NCBI GenBank assembly: GCA_964500675.1
Contig: CAZCNY010000004.1
Location: 140,361-204,360 of the forward strand
Length of the DNA stretch: 64,000 nt
Direction of reading: 5' to 3'
Source: an uncultured Verrucomicrobiaceae bacterium
GTDB taxonomy: Bacteria > Pseudomonadota > Gammaproteobacteria > Pseudomonadales > CAMLJR01
This document shows positions 44,271-51,829 of the stretch, piece after piece. The translations under genes were made by a program, and so were the position numbers. The first letter of the stretch is position 1, and each line of letters begins with the position of its first letter. The notes beneath the pieces were generated by a model, which searched no databases, was not told the DNA's origin, and saw nothing but the letters and a program-made list of their open reading frames with translations.

Positions 44271-46085
44271 GTGTCCATTCGCAAAACAGTAGCCGTTCGC
44301 GAAACAGCGTCCATTCGCAAAACCGTGACGATTCAAAAAACGCTGCTCATCGCTTTTCTCGGCGTCAGTCTGGTGCCGGCCATGCTTTTAGGCGGCATGG
44401 CCTTTGTCAAGGCGCGGCAGGCGTTGCAGGCCGAAATCGAACGCAATCTCGCCGTTGAAGTCGACGGCATCGCCGCTGCGATCGACAAAATGCTGTTCGA
44501 ACGTTTGCAAAATGCCGCGACGTGGAGCCGTCTCGATGTCATGCAGGACATGCAGTTTCGCGATGTCGATAAACGCGCCTCGCATTTTCTGGCGGATTTG
44601 CAAAACGGCTATCGCGATGTGTATTTGAATCTTTCGTGCGTCGATCCGCAGGGCGATATCGTTTGCAGCAGCGATGCGAAATTAATTGGCCGGCACGCGC
44701 TACCTGGACGCGAGTGGCAGCGCGCGACGCTGTCGGGTGTGGCGATCGCTGTCGATTTGCCGATTTTGCAAAATGCACCGGCGCTGATTATGCGTGTGCC
44801 GGTGCCGGCGCGATTCACGGAGGGAACGCTGGGGCAATTGCAACTCACGCTCGACTGGAACGAAATCTACGCGGTACTCGATCAGGCGGCGGGCAGCGAT
44901 GGCCGCATGCTCGCCGTGCTCGATCGCGAAGGGCGTTTGATCGCGGCATCGAAAGCGTTGCGCGAGCGCGGTCTGCTGCTCGGCACGGCGTTGGCGGATT
45001 GGCGGCGCGACAGCGGCGGCGGTGTGGTGCGTTTGCAATCGGGTCGCCCGCTGCTCGATGCCGATGTGATGGTCGGCGCGGCGACCGCACCGGGTTATGC
45101 GAGCTTTGCCGGATTCGGCTGGACCACGCTGATTATTCAGCCCATCGCGCAGGCGTTGGCGCCGGTGCATCGCATGGCGATTATTTTTCTGGGTCTGCTC
45201 GCGCTCGCGATTTTGCTCGTGCTTATCGTCGCGATTTGGATCAGCCGCGAAATCGCGCGGCCCGTGGTGGCGCTGACGGGTTTCGCGCGCGATTACATCC
45301 GCAGCAAAGTGTTGAGCGCGCCGCCGCAAGCGGGTCGCGGTGAAATCGGTGAACTGACCGGCGCGTTCGTGCAGATGGTGCGCGATATCGATCAATCGCA
45401 ACAGAATTTGGTGCGCGCATCGAAACTCGCCGTGGTCGGCGAAATGTCGTCGGTGATTGCGCACGAAGTGCGCACGCCGCTCGGCATCTTGCGTTCCTCC
45501 GCGCAAATGCTGCTGCGCGAAGATCGTATTAGCGCGGAGGGGCGCGAACTCGCGGGTTTTATCGAAAGCGAAACCGAACGCTTGAATCGCCTGGTCACGG
45601 CACTGCTCGACGCGGCGCGGCCGCGTGCACTGACGTTCAGCGATGTCGACGTGCAGCAGCTCATCCAAAAATGTGCGGCGATGCTGAGCGCGCAAGCGGA
45701 AACCCGCGGGATTGCGATTTCACACAATTTGCAGGCGGCCAACGCTGTGATCGAGTGCGACGAAAATCAGCTGACGCAAGTGCTGCTCAATTTGTTGATC
45801 AACGGGTTGCAGATTCTCGCGCAAGGCGGCCATATCGATATCGCCGCGCACGACGACGCGCAGAATATGTATATCGACATTGCCGACGACGGCCCCGGCG
45901 TCGACCCGGCCGAACGCAAAAAAATATTCGAAGCCTTTTTCTTCAAGCGCGAAGGCGGCATCGGTCTGGGGCTCGCCATCGTGCAACAAATTATCCATGC
46001 GCACGGCGGCGACATCAGTGTCGGCGAGAGCAGTCTCGGCGGCGCGCTATTTCGCATTCAATTGCCGCGCGTGCAACTGGGATAA
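44271..46085 (+). CDS. sensor histidine kinase (TM, large Cache-like periplasmic domain, TM, HAMP, HisKA, HATPase_c)
   Basis: 604 aa with H-box IAHEVRTPLGIL, LLINGLQ, DDGPGV and GGIGLGLAIV. The start is uncertain. GTG 44271 includes the 18-bp repeats, while GTG 44325 (VTIQKTLLIAFLG...) gives a typical short cytoplasmic N-terminus. Confidence 0.85.
   Translation: MSIRKTVAVRETASIRKTVTIQKTLLIAFLGVSLVPAMLLGGMAFVKARQALQAEIERNLAVEVDGIAAAIDKMLFERLQNAATWSRLDVMQDMQFRDVDKRASHFLADLQNGYRDVYLNLSCVDPQGDIVCSSDAKLIGRHALPGREWQRATLSGVAIAVDLPILQNAPALIMRVPVPARFTEGTLGQLQLTLDWNEIYAVLDQAAGSDGRMLAVLDREGRLIAASKALRERGLLLGTALADWRRDSGGGVVRLQSGRPLLDADVMVGAATAPGYASFAGFGWTTLIIQPIAQALAPVHRMAIIFLGLLALAILLVLIVAIWISREIARPVVALTGFARDYIRSKVLSAPPQAGRGEIGELTGAFVQMVRDIDQSQQNLVRASKLAVVGEMSSVIAHEVRTPLGILRSSAQMLLREDRISAEGRELAGFIESETERLNRLVTALLDAARPRALTFSDVDVQQLIQKCAAMLSAQAETRGIAISHNLQAANAVIECDENQLTQVLLNLLINGLQILAQGGHIDIAAHDDAQNMYIDIADDGPGVDPAERKKIFEAFFFKREGGIGLGLAIVQQIIHAHGGDISVGESSLGGALFRIQLPRVQLG
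44274..44345. repeat. 18-bp tandem repeat x4 (TCCATTCGCAAAAC-type) at the annotated 5' end of the kinase ORF
   Basis: Units are 44274-44291, 44292-44309, 44310-44327 and 44328-44345. Units 1 and 3 are identical over 14 nt. The array is in frame, so the ORF stays open (SIRKTV/AVRETA/SIRKTV/TIQKTL). Confidence 0.85.
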
Positions 46086-46127
46086 CGGTTGCGCGATCGG
46101 GATAAGTGTTAGGTCACCGAGGTCATT

Positions 46128-47525
46128 ATGAAAGGTAAGCAGATACTGGTTGTCGACGACGAACCGAAAATGCGCCGCGTGCTGGAAATCATGCTGGAGA
46201 AAATCGGTTACAGCGTGTTGAGCGCGAGCAACGGCGTTGAGGCGCAGGAAATTTTCGCCGCCAACGCCGTCGATTTGATCATCACCGATTTGCGCATGCC
46301 CGAGATGGACGGCATCGAATTGCTCGGCACTGTGCGCGCAAAAAATTCGGAAGTGCCCGTCATCGTGATCACGGCGCACGGCACGATCGAAACCGCCATC
46401 ACCGCGATGAAACACGGCGCCAGCGATTATCTGTTGCGGCCGTTCGATATCGACGTGCTCGAACTCGCGATCGAGCGCGCGCTGAGCGGCGCTGAAATTG
46501 CGCGCGAGAACGCGTATTTGCGCCAGGAACTCAATCGCGGCTGGGATGCTTTCGTCGGCTCCGGCAAACCGATGCAAACGGTTTATGAATTGATCAAGCG
46601 CGTCGCCGCGAGCAAAGCATCGGTCTTGATCACGGGCGAAACGGGCACCGGCAAGGAATTGGCGGCGCGCGCGATTCACAATGCGTCGTCGCGCCGCGAT
46701 AAATTATTCGTGCCGATTAACTGCGCGGCGATTCCCGCCGATATTCTCGAAAGCGAATTATTCGGCCACGAAAAGGGTGCGTTCACGGGCGCCGCACGCG
46801 AGCGCATCGGCAAGTTCGAGCTGGCCGAAGGCGGGACAATTTTTCTCGACGAACTCACCGAAATGCCGTTGGCGCTGCAATCGAAATTGTTGCGCGTGTT
46901 GCAGGAAAATACCATCGAGCGTCTCGGCAGCAATCGCACCATCAATCTCGATATCCGCGTTATCGCCGCCACCAATCGCAACCCGTTGCAGGCGATCAGC
47001 GCGGGCACGTTGCGTGAAGATTTGTATTATCGCGTCAACGTATTTTCCATCGAGCTGCCGCCATTGCGCGCGCGCGCGGAAGATATTCCAGGGCTGGTCG
47101 AACACTTCATCGCGAAACACGAAGGCTCGTCGGCGCGCACGCAATTGACGACGGGCGCGCTCGAATTGTTGCAGGCGTATGCCTGGCCCGGCAATGTGCG
47201 CGAACTCGAAAATACGATCGAACGCGCGCTGATTTTAAGCGGCGGCGGCCTGCTCGATGAGCAGTATTTTCCGCTCGACCTCAACGCTGCGCCTAAAATA
47301 GTTAGCGCTGCGAAAGCGGCGGACACTTCTGCTGTCGCCGCGTGTAACGCATCGGGATTGCCGCCGCTTAATCAGGCGGTGGAAGAACTGGAGGCCCGTC
47401 TCATTGAGCAGGCGCTGACACAAGCCGACGGCAATAAAGCCAAAGCGGCGGCGCTGCTCGATATCAGCGAGCGCACGCTGTGGTACAAGCTAAAAAAATA
47501 TCAGCCGCACATTGCGGGTAAATAA
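46128..47525 (+). CDS. sigma54-dependent response regulator (NtrC family: receiver + AAA+ + Fis-type HTH)
   Basis: 465 aa with a receiver (ILVVDDEP...DLIITDLRMPEMDG), an AAA+ module with GETGTGKE, GAFTGA, ESELFGHEKGAFTGA and RVIAATN, and a C-terminal HTH (GNKAKAAALLDISERTLWYKLKK). Confidence 0.92.
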   Translation: MKGKQILVVDDEPKMRRVLEIMLEKIGYSVLSASNGVEAQEIFAANAVDLIITDLRMPEMDGIELLGTVRAKNSEVPVIVITAHGTIETAITAMKHGASDYLLRPFDIDVLELAIERALSGAEIARENAYLRQELNRGWDAFVGSGKPMQTVYELIKRVAASKASVLITGETGTGKELAARAIHNASSRRDKLFVPINCAAIPADILESELFGHEKGAFTGAARERIGKFELAEGGTIFLDELTEMPLALQSKLLRVLQENTIERLGSNRTINLDIRVIAATNRNPLQAISAGTLREDLYYRVNVFSIELPPLRARAEDIPGLVEHFIAKHEGSSARTQLTTGALELLQAYAWPGNVRELENTIERALILSGGGLLDEQYFPLDLNAAPKIVSAAKAADTSAVAACNASGLPPLNQAVEELEARLIEQALTQADGNKAKAAALLDISERTLWYKLKKYQPHIAGK

Positions 47526-47532
47526 ATCGTTC

Positions 47533-47547
47533 ACTGCAAGAATTGTC
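47533..47547. promoter_or_regulatory. candidate enhancer/UAS element ACTGCAAGAATTGTC (copy 2)
   Basis: 14/15 identical to 42430-42444. It lies about 98 bp upstream of the -24 element at 47645. Confidence 0.5.
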
Positions 47548-47644
47548 TGCAAATGTTGTTAACAGTCTTTGCGGTAATTGCACAATCTGCTTTGCTGAAT
47601 ATTAAAAGTCACCGGGAAACAGCGGTTTATAAAATGTCCACTGC

Positions 47645-47660
47645 TGGTATTCCTTTTGCT
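47645..47660 (+). promoter_or_regulatory. sigma54 (-24/-12) promoter upstream of the 68-aa ORF
   Basis: TGGTAT-TCCTT-TTGCT has exact GG/GC spacing. It lies 37 nt upstream of the ATG at 47697, with AGAGAGG as the RBS at 47683-47689. Confidence 0.7.
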
Positions 47661-47696
47661 GTGTAGTCAATTCACACAGCCAGAGAGGAACACGCT

Positions 47697-47903
47697 ATGA
47701 CAATCAATGCAATCGCATCCAGCAATGTCGCTGCACAAAAACCTATCGCCGCGCCGACCGGCGAGGCGCGCGAAACCGGACCCGATCATGATGGCGATGC
47801 CGATGACGCGAGCAAAGTAGTCGCTGCCGCGGTTAAGCCCGCCGCGCCGGTCGTCAACACATCGGGTCAGATTACCGGCGGCTCGGTTAACACCAAAGCG
47901 TAA
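47697..47903 (+). CDS. 68-aa hypothetical protein, low-complexity Ala/Pro/Asp-rich, no signal peptide
   Basis: An ORF with a good RBS and its own sigma54 promoter. The sequence is MTINAIASSNVAAQKPIAAPTGEARETGPDHDGDADDASKVVAAAVKPAAPVVNTSGQITGGSVNTKA. No family recognised. Confidence 0.55.
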   Translation: MTINAIASSNVAAQKPIAAPTGEARETGPDHDGDADDASKVVAAAVKPAAPVVNTSGQITGGSVNTKA

Positions 47904-47974
47904 TACGAGTCAGTCCTCCATTCCGAAGGCGTGCCCGCGCCGAGGTGCGGGCGCGATGTCCGCTTCCCCCCTTT

Positions 47975-48445
47975 TTAGTTAGATGTGCTCGGCGCATCGG
48001 CGGGGCACGGAATGGAGCTTTTACTGAATATGCTGCGGTAGATTTTCCAGGTGCCGTTCACGCGCTTGAAAATATTCACGTACTTGCCGCTGTCGACATC
48101 CTCGACGCGGCGTATATCGCGTATCCGGTAATTGCCCTCGTCGTAGGCGATGTCGCCGCTGATCGTACTGGTTTCCGAGTTGATCCAGAATTGCATGCGT
48201 CGCCGCAGCGTTTCTTCCATGTATTGCTTGATAGCGGCTTTGCCTTTCACCGGCGCGCCGAATCCCGGCAACATTTCGCCGTCGTCGGTAAACAGTTCGG
48301 ACGCGGCGGCGGAATCGCCGGCATTGAAAGTGGTGCGCAGTGAGGTGATGACGTCGGGCGGCAGCGTTTCTTCGTGCATGCTACAGCCGGAGATGGCTAG
48401 CAGAATGACAATACAGGCAGACAGCGGGATTTTCGTTGTTTTCAT
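47975..48445 (-). CDS. lipoprotein with SnoaL-like / DUF4440 (NTF2-fold) domain
   Basis: 156 aa with lipobox LLAISGC. F.AGD..A...LFT.DGE.L......V.GK.AI..Y.......... then G.YVNIFKR.NGTWKI is typical of DUF4440. Confidence 0.7.
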   Translation of the reverse strand: MKTTKIPLSACIVILLAISGCSMHEETLPPDVITSLRTTFNAGDSAAASELFTDDGEMLPGFGAPVKGKAAIKQYMEETLRRRMQFWINSETSTISGDIAYDEGNYRIRDIRRVEDVDSGKYVNIFKRVNGTWKIYRSIFSKSSIPCPADAPSTSN

Positions 48446-48708
48446 GCAGAAGTCCTCAGTCCGTAGAAGTTTCGATGCGTTGAGTGCCGCATAACCCAGT
48501 TATTGAAAAGCATAGACCGTTCAACCGCAGGTGTCGGCATCGGCGACAGGCGGAAGCAGCGCCATCGCAAAACTGTCGGAACCCTTTCCATCTCGATCAG
48601 CACTCAACGCGACGCGGGCCAATAAGTAATTGGCTCCAAACACTTTTGTTATTGAGGCCCGGTTATTGCGACGTGTTCGGCACAACATAAAAATTAAGAG
48701 GCTTCGTC

Positions 48709-48948
48709 ATGGCGATCAATCGCGTTGGCAATACCGTAGACGTCTCCATTCCCGCATTTATTTACGAGTTATTACCCCTCCTTTACATAGCCGGCGGTTT
48801 CTTAGCGGCTGCGAAGATTGGCGGCGCATTGGTCAATCTATGCAGCGTCGTGCTGATATTGACGGGCGTGCAAATATTGCGCATGCGCAGCCGCTATCGA
48901 GAATCCATGAAATTCCCGCAACGCAATCCGGTTCGGAGTCGCAGTTAA
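48709..48948 (+). CDS. hypothetical small membrane protein (2 predicted TM helices)
   Basis: 79 aa with two hydrophobic segments (IPAFIYELLPLLYIAGGFLAAA and LVNLCSVVLILTGVQIL) and a basic tail. No family recognised. Confidence 0.4.
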   Translation: MAINRVGNTVDVSIPAFIYELLPLLYIAGGFLAAAKIGGALVNLCSVVLILTGVQILRMRSRYRESMKFPQRNPVRSRS

Positions 48949-49288
48949 CAATAGTCGGATTCAAATCTGAGGTGCATCGCTTCACTCTGTTTCTCGGCTC
49001 CCTTTATTTTTATGAAAATATTTCTGGAAGGAGAGCCTTCATTTTTTCGTGCAGTTCTATTTTTTTCTCAGGTGTCTCATTCACCGATTGCCGATGATTT
49101 TTCCAACCCGTCAAGCAAGGCGATGCCACAACAGTTAATGCTGAAGTTGCCGCTTAAAATAAACCTGCTACAGCATGTCCAGTAGAAAGCGGATACCCAA
49201 CCGATGGTTTAACTTGCGCGTTGCATCCACTCAGCATATAAACCGTCGGGTAATTATTTAATCGACGGAATTCCACGAGGAGCGGGCA

Positions 49289-49804
49289 ATGAGCGATGAA
49301 TCCAGTGCTGAAATACGAGATGCCAGAAAAGATTGGATGACGCAGCATCGCGCGATGTATCTGCGCTCGGGCGGCGCGCAGGGGCATATCATGGACCTCA
49401 CGGCGGTCGGCGCGCATTCGTTCGGGACGCACTGCTTGGTGAAATATGCAGGCCGCAAGAGCGGGAAGATTTTTATCACGCCACTGTGCTATGGCGATAT
49501 CGGTGGCGAAGTGGTGATCGTGGCGTCCAAGGGCGGCGCGAACGAACATCCCGATTGGTATCTCAATATTCGGGAAATGAAAGCGGTCGAATTCCAGATT
49601 GCCACGCAGGCATTTCGCGCTACGTGGCGCGAGCCGGAAGGTGCGGAGCGCGAAAAAGTGTGGAATTTTATGGTGGATTGCTACCCGTTCTATGCCAACT
49701 ATCAGGCGTCCACTCAGCGCCGGATACCTCTCGTAATGATGAAGCCCATTGAAGAGATAAAAGTCTTTACGGAAACCGACGCCACCGGCAGCAGACAGTT
49801 GTAG
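49289..49804 (+). CDS. nitroreductase/deazaflavin-dependent oxidoreductase family protein (DUF385)
   Basis: 171 aa with GG.VVIVASKGGA..HPDWYLN......VE.Q........A.EP.G.ER...W........Y..YQ.....RIP... Confidence 0.75.
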   Translation: MSDESSAEIRDARKDWMTQHRAMYLRSGGAQGHIMDLTAVGAHSFGTHCLVKYAGRKSGKIFITPLCYGDIGGEVVIVASKGGANEHPDWYLNIREMKAVEFQIATQAFRATWREPEGAEREKVWNFMVDCYPFYANYQASTQRRIPLVMMKPIEEIKVFTETDATGSRQL

Positions 49805-49818
49805 CGCCGCAAAAAAAA

Positions 49819-50232
49819 TCAGTCTTGGTAGCGCAGATCGACATGCGTGGACTCGCCGTTTGGCCCCATCGGCGAGTCGTATTCCAACACGCTACAAACC
49901 GGATTGGCGTGCGAGGCGAAAAGATTGTCTTCGTCTTTCATCACGTGAGGCAGGCGCGCTGGATCGCTGATAATTTTCTGTGAATTCTCGAAATCCTCGC
50001 GACTGTTCCACCAGATTTCCATAATGCAGTCATAACCGCAGTCGTGCACCGTGCCCGTGACGGGATTCTTTTCGGGTGTCAGGTAACGCCGCACATAGCG
50101 CACCGCATTGGGTATCGATGGCGAGCGCCCCATCCGCTTCGACAACTGCGAGTGCTGGTTTTCGTAGTAATCCATGAATTTATCCATGCTCATGTCCGGC
50201 CGTTTCTTGAAAAAACAGATTTGCTTGAACAT
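49819..50232 (-). CDS. EthD domain-containing protein
   Basis: 137 aa with KKRPDMS...F..YYE..H........ ....YVRRY...... and E.WW.S.EDFE, typical of EthD-like proteins. Confidence 0.65.
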   Translation of the reverse strand: MFKQICFFKKRPDMSMDKFMDYYENQHSQLSKRMGRSPSIPNAVRYVRRYLTPEKNPVTGTVHDCGYDCIMEIWWNSREDFENSQKIISDPARLPHVMKDEDNLFASHANPVCSVLEYDSPMGPNGESTHVDLRYQD

Positions 50233-50347
50233 TGAGTTTTCTCCCGCTGGTTATTTTCGATTGTGCAAGGATCGCATCGAAATGCCAACACGAAGAGTTT
50301 AAGGGCCGGCATGAAGATATTTAAGGCGTTGGAGCCGGGGATATCGG

Positions 50348-50393
50348 ATGGTGCCCAGGGGCAGAATCGAACTGCCGACACAAGGATTTTCAG
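50348..50393 (-). repeat. att repeat: displaced 3' 46 nt of tRNA-Phe (left junction)
   Basis: ATGGTGCCCAGGGGCAGAATCGAACTGCCGACACAAGGATTTTCAG is identical to 57915-57960. Identity stops at both flanks. Confidence 0.95.
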
Positions 50394-51313
50394 GAATCGC
50401 ACCGTGCAGCCGCCAAAAGCCCTTCAATGTGCCGAGCAGGCACCTTCAAATGATCGCCGGACAAATGTGCGTAACGCAGCACCATCTGAATCGTAGACCA
50501 GCTTCCCAACTCCATTAATTCCCGCATCCCCGTACCGTTCTGAGCATGCCATGACGCCCATGTATGGCGTAGATCGTGCCAGCGGAAGTCAGTTATTCCG
50601 GCCCGCTCTTTAGCCAGCTTCCACGCCCTTGTGCTAGTCCGAGACACCGGACGGCCGTTATAAACAAAAACCCATTCGCGATGCTCGCCACGTTGCGATC
50701 GCAGCACGGCAATGGCGTCAGCATTAAGCGGCACCGGGAAAGCTTTACGATTCTTCGACTGCGCAGCGTGTATCCATGCCATGCCACGACCGAGATCGAT
50801 CTGGTCCCAACGAAGCCCCGTTACGTTGCTTTGACGTAGCCCTGTTGCTAGAGCGAACAGCGCCATAGCGCGCAGGTGCGACGGAAGTTCGTACAGCAAG
50901 CGCAGAGCATCTTCAGGGGGCAACCACCTCACACGCGCCGGAGGTTCCTTGAGCATGCAAATACGGGGTACACGCTGAATCCATTCCCAATCGTCGCGAG
51001 CCATGCGTAGAACGGCCCGAATCAGCGCAAGGTAACGGTTTACAGTGGACGGGGATGATTCGCGAAGCTTAGCTTCAGTGACACACTCAACGACATCACG
51101 TGTAATTTCGTCAAGGAAGTACTCGCCGAGATATTTTGCCAACCATGCAAGCTTGCCGCGATCGCTTTTAATGTCAGCCTTGTGCGATTTTTCCCGCATC
51201 CATCGAGCGGCAGCTTGCAACCATGTACGCCGAGTATCCACAACTAAAAATCCAAACAACAGGAAAAAATTTAAAAAGCGATCTAGATTTGAATGGCAAT
51301 TGAGCTTAGCCAA
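50390..51313 (-). CDS. tyrosine recombinase / phage integrase
   Basis: About 280-307 aa with ATGLRQSN (Arg), HDLRHTWAS (HxxR) and LRYAH (Tyr). The true start may be GTG 51241 because the first 24 codons look non-native. The stop lies 4 nt inside the att repeat. Confidence 0.88.
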   Translation of the reverse strand: MAKLNCHSNLDRFLNFFLLFGFLVVDTRRTWLQAAARWMREKSHKADIKSDRGKLAWLAKYLGEYFLDEITRDVVECVTEAKLRESSPSTVNRYLALIRAVLRMARDDWEWIQRVPRICMLKEPPARVRWLPPEDALRLLYELPSHLRAMALFALATGLRQSNVTGLRWDQIDLGRGMAWIHAAQSKNRKAFPVPLNADAIAVLRSQRGEHREWVFVYNGRPVSRTSTRAWKLAKERAGITDFRWHDLRHTWASWHAQNGTGMRELMELGSWSTIQMVLRYAHLSGDHLKVPARHIEGLLAAARCDS

Positions 51314-51325
51314 GGATAGAACACA

Positions 51326-51691
51326 ATGCTTTCAAAAATCGGAATAATTCTTTTCGCCGCAATAAGCACAACAGCCATCGCTGAAATTTATCAGTGGACC
51401 GACGAAAAAGGAATTACACACTACAGCGACGCCATACCAAAAACTGGGAAGACAAAAGACGGAATACAATTGCGCGATAACAACCTACCAAACCTAACGA
51501 CAGTACAGCACAGCGAAGCGCAAGCGCGTCAAGAGAAAGAACAAACCAGCCCGACTTTTATCGAAATAAGCGACCACACCGCAGGCGTTAATTGCAATTC
51601 AACAAATCTAAATTCAATTGACCGAAACAATGTGTTAGACGCATGGCAAGATCGCGAGTGGCGAGACTGCCACGGCATGAAAGAACAATAA
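51326..51691 (+). CDS. DUF4124-domain secreted protein (prophage cargo)
   Basis: 121 aa with a signal peptide, then IYQWTDEKGITHYSD (the DUF4124 signature). It is AT-rich and in the opposite orientation to the phage structural genes. Confidence 0.7.
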   Translation: MLSKIGIILFAAISTTAIAEIYQWTDEKGITHYSDAIPKTGKTKDGIQLRDNNLPNLTTVQHSEAQARQEKEQTSPTFIEISDHTAGVNCNSTNLNSIDRNNVLDAWQDREWRDCHGMKEQ

Positions 51692-51718
51692 AAAGACTTT
51701 TCGCTCGCCGCTAGGCAA

Positions 51719-51743
51719 GGGTTGCAGTCAGGACTGCAACCCA
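51719..51743. terminator. 11-bp perfect hairpin between the convergent DUF4124 and zot-like genes
   Basis: GGGTTGCAGTC-AGG-GACTGCAACCC. There is no strong T-run, so it is a likely bidirectional stop or structural element. Confidence 0.5.
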
Positions 51744-51829
51744 GCCAATAAGCTTATTTCTTATCGAGTGTCGATCAAGCCCGCCTAACGGAAACAGAAA
51801 AGACGTTTCCGATAGATCGAGCTTGACGA

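Noticed and set aside
225-44345. Could any of the tandem arrays be a CRISPR array?
   Set aside because: The units are directly abutting with no unique spacers, are only 16-20 bp long, number 4-7 copies, and there are no cas genes in the window.
44636-45695. ORFs 44636-45343 (+, other frame) and 44700-45695 (-) inside the dCache kinase gene
   Set aside because: They are shadow ORFs with extreme Arg/Ala content. The kinase frame has clear TM, HAMP and H-box features.
47928-47975. GC-rich hairpin-like sequence (GCCCGC...GCGGGC) followed by CCCCCCTTTTT after the 68-aa ORF
   Set aside because: The stem is only about 6 bp with mismatches, and the T-run is separated from it by about 15 nt. It may terminate transcription but is not convincing enough to list as a terminator.
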